Of a DNA stretch of 18,747 bases, positions 1 to 9,099 are shown piece by piece (positions within the stretch are counted from its first letter, which is position 1; each line of letters starts with the position of its first letter). A program made the translations under genes and the position numbers. The DNA is from Octopus sinensis (taxonomy: Eukaryota): the NCBI RefSeq assembly GCF_006345805.1, contig NW_021824405.1:1-18747 (forward strand), written 5' to 3'. The notes beneath the pieces are model-generated. The model had not been told where the DNA came from. It worked only from the letters and a program-made list of their open reading frames with translations, and did no database searches.

Positions 1-192
1 AAGAAGAAGACGAAGAAGAAGAAGAAGACGAAGAATAAGAAAGAAGAAGAAGACCGAAGAAGAAGAAGAAGAAGAAGAAGAAGACGAAGAAGAAGAAGAC
101 GAAGAAGAAGAAGAAGACGAAGAAGACGAAGAAGAAGAAGACGAAGAAGAAGAGAAGAAGAAGAAGAAGAAGAAGAAGAAGAAGAAGAAGAA
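1..192. repeat. (GAA)n microsatellite with GAC interruptions
   Basis: Direct reading; almost all-purine strand, runs off the window start. Confidence 0.97.
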
Positions 193-498
193 TGAAAGCA
201 AAGTGAAGACAAGCCGATAAATGGAACGCTGAGAGCCAATCCTATGGGTGGACTTCGCTATTTCACCCCCCCCACCGTCACCCCCCCGTAGATCGTCAGC
301 AGTTTTCCAGAACTTGATAACAAATGTCACGACATGCATAACGAGGTCATCCAGGGAGAGGTGATACAGTGTATACCGTGTCCTGACAGCCGTGACCACT
401 CACACAACAACTATTGCGAAATATGTTCAGTGAAGTCTGTCCACACACAAATATTCACATACACAAATATTCACATGCAAACATACATACATACATAC

Positions 499-879
499 TT
501 TGGAAGCACTCCGTCGGTTACGACGACGAGTGTTCCGGTTGATCCGATCAACGGAACAGCCTGATCGTGAAATTAACGTGTAAGTGGCTGAGCACTCCAC
601 AGACACTGCACCTTACGTAGTTCGCGGGGATTTAGCGTGATACAGAGAGTGACAAGGCCGGCCCTTTGAATACAGGTACAAACAACAAACAGGAAGTAAG
701 AGTGAGAGAAAGTTGTGGTGAAAAAGTACAGCAGGATCACCACCATCCCCTGCCGGAGCCTCGTGGAGCTTTAGGTGTTTTCGCTCAATAAACACTCACA
801 ACACCCGGTCTGGGATTCGAAACCGCGATCCTACGACCGCGAGTCCGCTGCCCTAACCACTGGGCCATTGCGCCTCCAC
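499..879 (-). mobile_element. tRNA-derived SINE (family C), apparently full length
   Basis: Minus strand starts GGAGGCGCAATGGCCCAGTGGTTAGG (A box) then GGTTTCGAATCC (B box); 3' end is followed by (TATG)n. Resembles octopus tRNA-SINEs from recall. Confidence 0.85.
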
Positions 880-1011
880 TATACATACATACATACATAC
901 ATACACGAATACATACACACATACATGTACATAGCCACTCATATGCATATACATACACTGACGCACATACATATGTGCATACATGTATACATATATATAT
1001 CGATATATATA
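880..1011. repeat. (CATA)n/(TA)n compound microsatellite
   Basis: Direct reading. Confidence 0.9.
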
Positions 1012-2614
1012 CAGTTGCAGCCAAAATGTTCAGAACGGCATTGTTTTCGTCAGAAAAGTAGGTATAAGTTTTTATTAAAGTTGTTTTATTTTCACAGACA
1101 ATAAATACGATATTAATTGTTAATGTCTGAGATTTTGGTGTAATTTGAGAGGATAATACAAAAGTTATGGATGATTTAGTGATTTACTGCAAAACCCATG
1201 GCGGCCAAAATTATCAGAACGGTTGCTTTTACTCCATGTTTTAGTATATTTAACCGGTGAACTCTAATGTTTTGAATTTTTTTTACCTGACGGTTCGTTT
1301 ACTAAACATTAGTAAGAGTGTCTGCAGTGTACTTTGCTATATAATGCCACTTACTCCGTTACCAATTCGTCAGCAGATTATTAAGCTTCAAAAGAAGGAT
1401 AATTTAAGTATTGGGTCTATTGCAAAGATTGTTAACAAGTGAAAAAATGTTGTTCACAGTATTCTTAAGGTCTACGATGATTGTGGTTCGTGTGGAGCAA
1501 GAAAGTCTACAGGTAGGCCAAGAAAAACGACCAAGAGAGAAGATCGTGCTATGATAAAGTTGGTTAAAAAGGACAGATTTAAAACTGATGCTGCTGTTTC
1601 TCGAAATGAGCATTGTACTGAGAAAACTTTATCTCGAAAACTGTCTCGTCGTTTAGTTGAACATGACCTACAAGCAAGAGCACCTGCAGTGAAGCCACTG
1701 ATCATCTCCAAGAATAAAAAGTGTCGTCTTATCTTGCGCAACCGAACATGTATTGTGGTCTCAAGAAAAATGGCAAACGGTGCATTTCAGTGATGAATCT
1801 AAGTTATGTTTATTTGGCTCAGGTGGGAAAGGTACGTTCGTAGAAAAGTAGGTGAAAAATTGTCGCCTAATGCCTTAAGACTAGTTTTAAATTCGATGAA
1901 GGAAGTGTCATGTTTGGGGGATGATATCTGGAGATGGTGTGGGCCCTTTGGTGCGATTACATGGAAGGTAAATGCAGGAGTTTATAACAACTTGTAAAAG
2001 ATCATGTCTTGCCTGTGCTGAGAAATTCAACTAAGCGATTACCCATATTCATGCAGGACAATGCCCCATGTCACAAGCTAAGGTGGTCATGAACTTTCTC
2101 AAGGCTGAAAAGGTTATTGTTATGGATGGCCTGCTCAAAGCAAGATCTTAATCCTATTGAAAATGTGTGGAATATTCTAGGAGAATGTTCGAAAGCCAGA
2201 AATCCTAAAACAACCGAGCAATTATGGAATGCCCTCAGGAAGAATGGAATAAGATCACCCAGCAAGAAATTGAAAATTTATTTTCCTCATGCAGTCGAAG
2301 ATGTCAAGGTGTGATTGAAGCTAAAGGGCTTCACACTAAATATTAAATAATTCCAGTATTCTCTGTCATTTTTGATTATTTTGTTATTTTTTTCAACAGT
2401 TCTGATCATTTTGGCCGCCATGGGTTTTGCAGTAAATACCTAAATCATCCATAACTTTTGTATTATCCTCTTAAATTACACCAAAATCTCAGACAATAAT
2501 AATTAATATTGTATTTATTGTCTGTGAAAATTATAGAATATAAAACAACTTTAATAAAAACTTATACCTACTTTTCTGACGAAAACAATGCCATTCTGAA
2601 CATTTTGGCCGCAA

Positions 2615-2617
<3 letters not shown>
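1012..2617 (+). mobile_element. Tc1-family DNA transposon, full length (1606 bp), IR/DR-type TIRs
   Basis: TA|CAGTTGC...GCAACTG|TA ends. TIRs 1012-1220 and 2399-2617 align end to end with a few substitutions and one ~10-nt indel. Transposase remnants lie between them. Confidence 0.96.
1344..2346 (+). pseudogene. Tc1-like DD34E transposase, disrupted
   Basis: MPLTPLPIRQQII.., GRPRKTT motif, WQTVHFSDESK, FMQDNAPCH, (W)PAQS-DLNPIENVW, C-terminal KGLHTKY*. In-frame stops at 1440 and 1995 plus several 1-nt deletions. Restoring three 1-nt deletions between D(2057) and E(2159) gives 34 intervening residues. Confidence 0.95.
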
Positions 2618-2648
<31 letters not shown>

Positions 2649-2649
<1 letters not shown>

Positions 2650-3132
2650 GTGGCTGTATAGTAAGTAGCTTGTTTACCAACCACATGGTTTCGGGTTCAG
2701 TCCCACTGCGTGGCACCTTGGGCAAGTGTCTTCTATAACCTCGGGCCGACCAAAGCCTTTTGAGTGGATTTGATAGACGGAAAACTGAAAGAAGCTCGTT
2801 GTATATATATATATATATATATTATATATATTATATATATATATTATATAATATATATATATATATATAATATATATATATGTATGTGTTTGTGTGTGTA
2901 TGTGTGTGTGTGCGTGTATGTTTGTGTGTCTGTGTTTGTCCCCCTAGCATTGCTTGACAACCGATGCTGGGGTATTTATGTCCCCGTTACTTAGCGGTTC
3001 GGCAAAAGAGACCGATAGAATAAGTACTGGGCTTACAAAGAAAAAAGTCCCGGGGTCGAGTTGCTCGATTAAAGGCGGTGCTGCAGCATGGCCGCAGTCA
3101 AATGACTGAAACAAGTGAAATAGTAAAAGAGT
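2649..3132 (+). mobile_element. tRNA-headed SINE (family A) with internal (TA)n(TG)n tract
   Basis: Head AGTGGCTGT..GGTTCAGTCCC, internal microsatellite, tail ..GACTGAAACAAGT..AAAAGAGT. Collinear with copies at 8770, 9799 and 11218-12090. Confidence 0.88.
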
Positions 3133-3173
3133 ATATAACTTATATATATATTATATATATATATATATATATC

Positions 3174-3204
<31 letters not shown>

Positions 3205-3345
3205 AGAGACACGTAGATAACATAATCGCTGATAATTCTATTAGGACGTATCGTATGTGTTATCATCATCATCGTAGCGACGACGACGATGATGATGACG
3301 ATGATGATGATGATATGGACAACGGTGATGATGATGATGATGATG
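3133..3345. repeat. (TA)n and (GAT)n/(ATC)n microsatellites
   Basis: Direct reading; source of the poly-D/YI ORF 3078-3518. Confidence 0.9.
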
Positions 3346-3394
3346 GTAATAGTTGTAATGGTTTAAAATCTGTACCAACGGCAGCAATTTCGAA

Positions 3395-3526
3395 GGGAGG
3401 TGGTGCTAAATCGATACATTTGACCCCAGCATATGACTGGTACTTCGTTTCATCGATGTATCTTTTTATTCTAATTCATCGAAGGATGGAAGGCAAAGCT
3501 GATTTCGGGAAAATTTGAATTCAGGA
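3395..3526 (-). mobile_element. old degraded SINE family B body
   Basis: GACCCCAG..CTGGTACTT..GAAGGATGGAAGGCAAAG..AATTTGAATTCAG matches the reverse complement of the family B body with many changes. Confidence 0.55.
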
Positions 3527-3807
3527 TGCAAAACAAACAAAAACAATAGCAAAAAAATGGAAGAAATATGAAAAAGAATTTTGTATAATTTTCTAATGAT
3601 GCTGGCAGCTCGCTGCTTTCCAGATTAGGAAGAAGGTCAATAATTTTGAGGGGAGGGGAGCTTAGTCGACGTCATCTACTAGTTAATTTTGTCGGCCCCG
3701 GTGTGATGAAATGCAAAGATAACCTCGGCGGGAAAAGAATCCTAAGCGCAGCGAAACGGAAGAAATATCGCCAAAATTTCTAAAAAAATAATATAAAATA
3801 AATGCGC

Positions 3808-3973
3808 CCTGTGTGTTTATATCCCCGTAACTTAGCGGTTCGGCAAAAAAGACCGATTGAATAAGTACTGGGCTTACAAAAGAATAAGTCCCGGGGTCGA
3901 GTTGCTCGATTAAAGGCGGTGCTCCAGCATGGCCGCAGTCAAATGACTGAAACAAGTAAAATAGTAAAAGAGT
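3808..3973 (+). mobile_element. SINE family A 3' half
   Basis: Near-identical to 2965-3132. Confidence 0.85.
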
Positions 3974-3980
3974 ATATAAA

Positions 3981-4290
3981 CTTTCGTTCTCACGGAGTGC
4001 ATAAAATAACTACCAGTTAATACTAGACTTGATGTAATTGACTTATCCCCTTGCACAAAATTTCTAAATAATAATAATCCTTTCTACAATAGGCACAAGT
4101 CCTGAAATTTGGTGCAAGGGGATAAGGCGATTACATCAAGTCTAGTATTAACTAGTAGTTATTTTATCGATTCCGTGAGAACGAAAGGCTAAGTCGACCT
4201 CAGCGGAATTGTAAAGATGGACGAAATGCCGCTTAGGATTTTACGCGGCTTGGAAACGATCCTGCCACCTCACCGCTTCTAACATAACCA
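3981..4290 (-). mobile_element. old SINE family B (ATT-tailed type) with local inverted duplication
   Basis: 4068-4290 is a diverged minus-strand family B copy; 3981-4064 is an inverted copy of 4104-4187. Confidence 0.7.
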
Positions 4291-4493
4291 CAACGCCGGA
4301 AATTTAGGAGCGGGAAACTTTGGCTGGCACTTTATTTGATCGGACTCGGGGTCATGAACGACACAGTAAATAACATGAAGTTTAGGTCAGTGGGGAATAG
4401 TCGGTTGTATCGCCCCTTAGTAATTTGACTATTGCTATATTTTATCGAAAGACAAAGTAAATACCACAAGGTATTAAATCTATTTATAATCTA

Positions 4494-4992
4494 CTAGCAG
4501 TATCGCCCGGCGTTGCTCGGGTTTGTAAGGGAAATAACTATATAAGCATTTTTAGAGAGTTATAGCCAAAAAATAGCAAAAAAATGCATTAAAAATGGAA
4601 AAAAAATGATGGTAACTATTTTTTTAAATCGTTGACTCATCGTAGACATTTTTAGAGAGTTACTTCCCTTATATAATAGCGAAAAAATGCATTAAAATGG
4701 AAAAAAATGATGGTAAATTTTTTTTTAAATCGTTGACTCATCGTAGACATTTTTAGAGAGTTACTTCCCTTATATAATAGCGTAAAAATGCATTAATATG
4801 GAACAAAATGTTGGTAATTTTTTTTTTAAATCGTAGACTCATCGTAGATGCGCGCTAATACCCAGAAGGGCTCGATATGAATCACGACTATAAGATACCC
4901 GAATTTGGTTAAACTGCACCGCAAAATGTGGGAGTAGTTAGGAATCTAAATCGTAGGAGACAGACACACAACTTCACTTTTATATATAAAGA
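4494..4992 (-). mobile_element. non-autonomous Helitron with internal ~100-bp tandem repeat
   Basis: Minus strand A|TCTTTATATATAAAAG...CCCGAGCAACGCCGGG hairpin...CTAG|T: canonical 5' TC, subterminal hairpin, 3' CTAG, A/T target, no TSD. Confidence 0.82.
4547..4848. repeat. three tandem ~100-bp units inside the Helitron
   Basis: CATTTTTAGAGAGTT begins at 4547, 4647 and 4748. Confidence 0.92.
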
Positions 4993-5037
4993 TGAGCGAG
5001 ATCCGTAATACGGAGATTATATATTTGTATTATTTAA

Positions 5038-5252
5038 GGCGGCGAGCTGGCAGAACCGTTAGCACGCCGGACGAAATGCGTGGCCGTATTTCGTCTGCCG
5101 CTACGTTCTGAGTTCAAATTCCGCCGAGATCGACTTTATCTTTCATCCTTTCGGGGTCGATAAATTAAGTACCAGTTGCGTACTGGAGTCGATCTAATCA
5201 ACTGCACCGCTCCCAAAATTTCGGGCCTGTACCTAGAGTAGAAAAGATTATT
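5038..5252 (+). mobile_element. SINE family B, ATT-tailed type (B2)
   Basis: GGCGGCGAGCTGGCAGAA head, GAGTTCAAATTCC B box, tail ..GTAGAAAAGATTAT; flanked by ATTATTTAA at 5029-5037 and 5247-5255. Confidence 0.85.
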
Positions 5253-5255
5253 TAA

Positions 5256-5475
5256 GGCGGCCAGCTGGCAGAAACGTTAGCACGCCGGGCGAAATGCGTA
5301 GTCGTATTTCGTCTGCTTCTACGTTCTGAGTTCAAATTCCGCCGAGGTCGACTTTGCCTTTAATCCTTTCGGGGTCGATAAATTAAGTACCAGTTACGCA
5401 CTGGGGTCGATGTAATCGACTGAATCCCTTTGTCTGTCCCCTCTGTGTTTAGCCCCTTGTGGGTAGTAAAGAAAT
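5256..5475 (+). mobile_element. SINE family B, AAAGAAAT-tailed type (B1)
   Basis: Same head and body as B2, different tail ..TTTAGCCCCTTGTGGGTAGTAAAGAAAT followed by AGGTATTT. Confidence 0.88.
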
Positions 5476-5493
5476 AGGTATTTGTCGTCTGTC

Positions 5494-5543
<50 letters not shown>

Positions 5544-5553
5544 TATATATATA

Positions 5554-5585
<32 letters not shown>

Positions 5586-5601
5586 AATATATAATATATT
5601 T

Positions 5602-5827
5602 ATTTATTGATTTTATTAAATTAATTATATTTCACCCTATATCTGTATAGATATATATATATATATTATATAAAGTTAATCCAAACGAGAAAACAGAAAA
5701 ACAACAACACAAGGAGGTGGAACAATTAAAGTATTATTATTAGGCGCTCAGGAAAAAGGAAGAAGGAGGGTATGACGTTTCGAGCGGAGCTCTTCGTCGG
5801 AAACATATAAATATATATATTATATTA

Positions 5828-5858
<31 letters not shown>

Positions 5859-6133
5859 ATATATATAATATACATATATATATATATATAATTATATTAT
5901 ATATATATATATATTATATCACAGATATAGGGTGAAATATATTAATTTATAAAATCAATAAATTTCACCTAGGTATGGAAGGACCATTACGTAAAAATGT
6001 TAGAAATAGCAGTCAAAGGGCTACCATTTCTATTACTACAAAAATAAGTCTCCACAGACAACAATTTTTGTAGTAAAAAATATTTCTAATATTTTCGGTA
6101 TGTGGTTTAAGCAACTTGTTGTAAAAAACCGTT
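5602..6133. mobile_element. fold-back element 1 (putative Penelope-like pLTR derivative) in (TA)n
   Basis: Inverted arms 5602-5646 and 5921-5963; internal hammerhead-like motif on the minus strand. PLE assignment is inference. Confidence 0.55.
5770..5804 (-). ncRNA. variant minimal type I hammerhead ribozyme motif
   Basis: Minus strand GTTT-CCGACGA-A-GAGC(TCC)GCTC-GAA-ACGT-C-ATAC: U4C core variant, extra A after A9, palindromic stem III, GUC site, one mismatch in stem I. Confidence 0.45.
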
Positions 6134-6168
6134 ATATATATATAATATATATTATATATATATATATA

Positions 6169-6235
<67 letters not shown>

Positions 6236-6244
6236 ATAATAATA

Positions 6245-6660
6245 ATAAATATTAGGGAATAAATCCAACTTAGAGGGAAAAATCAGATTTAGGATTGAAT
6301 CCATTTTATAGTAAAATATATATATATATTAAATTAGAGATAAAACACACTATTAGGCAAATCATACAATGAAAAACTTAAGCCAATACATAAGATTATT
6401 TAATTTATATTATTTAAATATATAACAAAATTATTAACCTCGCCAAATTAAATATTTAAACCACCTGATGAATGACTGTAACTCGAAAATTTAAAGAAAT
6501 TACAGCCATGAAACGATCGTAGTGATATATTAATTATATCTTTTTTAATAATTTTGTTATATATTTAAATAATATAAATTAAATAATCTTACGTATTGGC
6601 ATAAGTTTTTCATTGTATGATTTGCCTAATAGTGGTTTTTATCTCTAATTTAATATAATA
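6245..6660. mobile_element. fold-back element 2 (putative Penelope-like pLTR derivative) in (TA)n
   Basis: ~107-bp inverted arms 6329-6436 and 6546-6652 around a core containing a hammerhead; same family as 11491-11645. Confidence 0.65.
6462..6524 (+). ncRNA. minimal type I hammerhead ribozyme motif
   Basis: CAC-CTGATGA-ATGACTGTAA(18 nt)TTACAGCCAT-GAA-ACGATCGT-A-GTG: intact core, 10-bp stem II with one mismatch, self-complementary stem III, GUA cleavage triplet, 3-bp stem I. Confidence 0.78.
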
Positions 6661-6747
6661 TATATATATATATGTATACATCGTTTTGAGATTTGGTTTG
6701 TATGATTCTTTATGTGAGTTCGTGTGTTTGAAGCATATTTTGTAATA

Positions 6748-6890
6748 TCTGGGGAGAATCATTCTATTTTAGTGCCTTATTATTTAACACACACACCAGT
6801 AAGAATTTCCACTCAACGATTTTTGAAAAGGTTGCAAGGCGCAACGAGAACTTTCGGAAAAATAAATAAATGAGAATGATTCTCCCCAGA
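6748..6890. repeat. fold-back element 3: perfect 18-bp inverted repeats
   Basis: TCTGGGGAGAATCATTCT (6748-6765) versus AGAATGATTCTCCCCAGA (6873-6890). Confidence 0.75.
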
Positions 6891-6937
6891 CACAACTATA
6901 TATATATATATATATATATATATGCTTTCATCATTTC

Positions 6938-7433
6938 CTTTCATCCTTTCGGGGTCGATAAATTAAGTACCAGTTACGCACTGGGGTCGATGTAATCGAC
7001 TTAATATCTATGTCTGTCCTTGTTTGTCCCCTCTATGTTTAGCCCCTTGTGGGTAATAAAGAAATAGGTATTTCGTCTGCCGTTACGTTCTGAGTTCAAA
7101 TTCCGCCGAGATCGACTTTGCCTTTCATCCTTTCGGGGTCGATTAAATAAGTCCCAGTTACACACTGGGGTTGATCTAATCGACTTAATCACTTCGTCTG
7201 TCCTTGTTTGTCCTCTCTGTGTTTAGCCCCTTGTGGGTAGTAAAGAAATAGGTATTTCGTCTGTCGCTACGTTCTGCGTTCAAATTCCGCCGAGGTCGAC
7301 TTTGCCTTTCATCCTTTCGGGGTCGATAAATTAAGTACCAGTTTCGCACTGGGGTCGATGTAATCGACTTAATCCGTTTGTCTGTCCTTGTTTGTTCCCT
7401 CTGTGTTTAGAGCCCCTTGTGGGTAGTAAAGAA

Positions 7434-7435
<2 letters not shown>
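6938..7435 (+). mobile_element. tandem array of B1 SINE units, 184-bp period
   Basis: GGGGTCGAT landmark at 6951, 7135 and 7319; units join at AAAGAAAT|AGGTATTTCGTCTG. Confidence 0.92.
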
Positions 7436-7465
<30 letters not shown>

Positions 7466-7641
7466 TAATATATATATATAGGTGTTAATGCTTTTAAAGT
7501 GCACAGACGCATGTCTCGACTTAATCCCTTTGTCTGTCCTTGTTTGTTCCCTCTGTGTTTAGACCCTTGTGGGTAGTAAAGAAATATATATATATATGTA
7601 CTTTTAGGTGTTAATGCTTTTAAAGTGCACAGACGCATGTC
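7364..7641. repeat. local tandem duplication of SINE tail + (TA)n + unique flank
   Basis: 7364-7515 and 7516-7641 both end in AGGTGTTAATGCTTTTAAAGTGCACAGACGCATGTC. Confidence 0.9.
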
Positions 7642-7891
7642 AGAAGTAATAACACCGATACTAAAATACAGCAAAACGCGAATGATAATTCAGATAATGT
7701 AATTCTGGTTACATAACTAAAGCATTAATAAAATAAACTGACGCGGTAAATCTGTCATGTCGTGCGTTGTGCAAATAAAGAGAAATCCCATTGAATTAAT
7801 TCCTTGGCAACCGCATAGACTGAAATCCTTTGACACAGCTTTACAAGAAAAAACGCTTTGCAGTGTAAAAATGCGAGCAGTACACGCACAC

Positions 7892-7935
<44 letters not shown>

Positions 7936-7940
7936 GTATA

Positions 7941-8516
7941 GGGCGGTGAGCTGGCAGAAACGTTAGCACGCCGGACGAAATGCCTAGCGGTATTTTGTCT
8001 GCCGTTACGTCGTGAGTTCAAATTCCGCCGAGGTCGACTTTGCCTTTCATCCTTTCGGGGTCGATTAAATAAGTACCAGTTACGCACTGGGGTTGATCTA
8101 ATCGACTTAATCACTTTGTCTGTCCTTGTTTGTCCTCTCTGTGTTTAGCCCCCTGTGGGTAGTAAAGAAATAGGTAGTTCGTTTGTCGCTACGTTCTGAG
8201 TTCAAATTCCGCCGAGGTCGACTTTGCCTTTCATCCTTTCGGGGTCGATTAAATAAGTACCAGTTACGTACTGGGGTAGATATAATCTACTTAATCCGTT
8301 TGTCTGTCCTTGTTTGTCCTCTCTGTGTGTAGCTCCTTGTTGGCAGTAAAGAAATAGGTATTTCTTCCGGTTTTACGTTCTGAGTTCAAATGCTACCGAA
8401 GTCGGTTTTGCTATTCATCTTTCGGGTTCGATGAAATAAGTACCAGTTGAGTACTGGGGTCGACGTTATCGCCTTGCCTCTCCCTATAAATCCCAGGCCT
8501 TGTACCTATAGTGAAA
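7941..8516 (+). mobile_element. SINE family B trimer: full head + B1 unit + B1 unit + diverged B2-tailed unit
   Basis: GGG(G)TCGAT-like landmark at 8057, 8241 and 8424; the third unit is more diverged and ends in the B2-type tail. Confidence 0.9.
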
Positions 8517-8769
8517 ACGGCTGCAACATTAGAAACACACACACATACATCATTTAGTGGCAGCCATATTGACAGATATCCATCACGTTGTTTATTGATT
8601 GGTTATTGAATGTAACAGGGGAGGTGGATAAAAATCGATATTCAAGGTGGCACGGTGAGGTGACAGGTGGGCGGTGTCAAGGAAATATTTTCTTTACGTT
8701 CCCAGCTTTGTTTAAATTCTACAATATTCGACGTCAATTTTATATACACATACAAAAATACAATATATA

Positions 8770-9094
8770 GGCGCAGGAGTGGCTATGTGGTAAGTAGCTT
8801 GCTTACCAACCACATGGTTCCGGGTTCAGGCCCACTGGGTGGCACCTTCGGCAAGTGTCTTCTACTATAGCCTTGAGCCGACCAAAGCCTTGTGAGTGGA
8901 TTTGGTAGACGGAAACTGAAAGAAGCCCGTCGTATATATGTATATACATATATGTATGTGTGTGTATATGTTTGTATGTCTGTGCTTGTCCCCCATCATC
9001 GCTTGACAACCGATGCTGGTGTGTTTACGTCCCTGTAACTTAGCGGTTCGGCAAAAGAGACCGATAGATTAAGTACTAGGCTTACAAAGAATAA
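8770..9094 (+). mobile_element. SINE family A, 3' end missing
   Basis: GGCGCAGGAGTGGCT head, short internal microsatellite, stops at CTTACAAAGAATAA. Confidence 0.88.
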
Positions 9095-9099
9095 CATAT

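Noticed and set aside
1-192. (GAA)n as triplex-forming regulatory DNA
   Set aside because: Physically plausible, but an ordinary microsatellite with no functional evidence.
800-879. SINE heads as tRNA genes (also 8770, 9799, 5038)
   Set aside because: A and B boxes are present but there is no complete cloverleaf, and each is attached to a repeat body.
3078-3518. 146-aa ORF with poly-Asp
   Set aside because: Built from SINE tail, (TA)n, (GAT)n and an old SINE.
5002-5014. TCCGTA-A-TACGGA palindrome as a Tc2 footprint
   Set aside because: Too short and not TA-flanked.
6820-6860. Possible degenerate hammerhead (TTGAAAA-GGTTGC/GCAAC-GAGAAC)
   Set aside because: A stem II-like hairpin exists but both core strands and the cleavage triplet deviate.
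6938-8516. Regularly spaced repeats resembling a CRISPR array
   Set aside because: Units are 184-bp SINE bodies without unique spacers; eukaryotic context with no cas genes.
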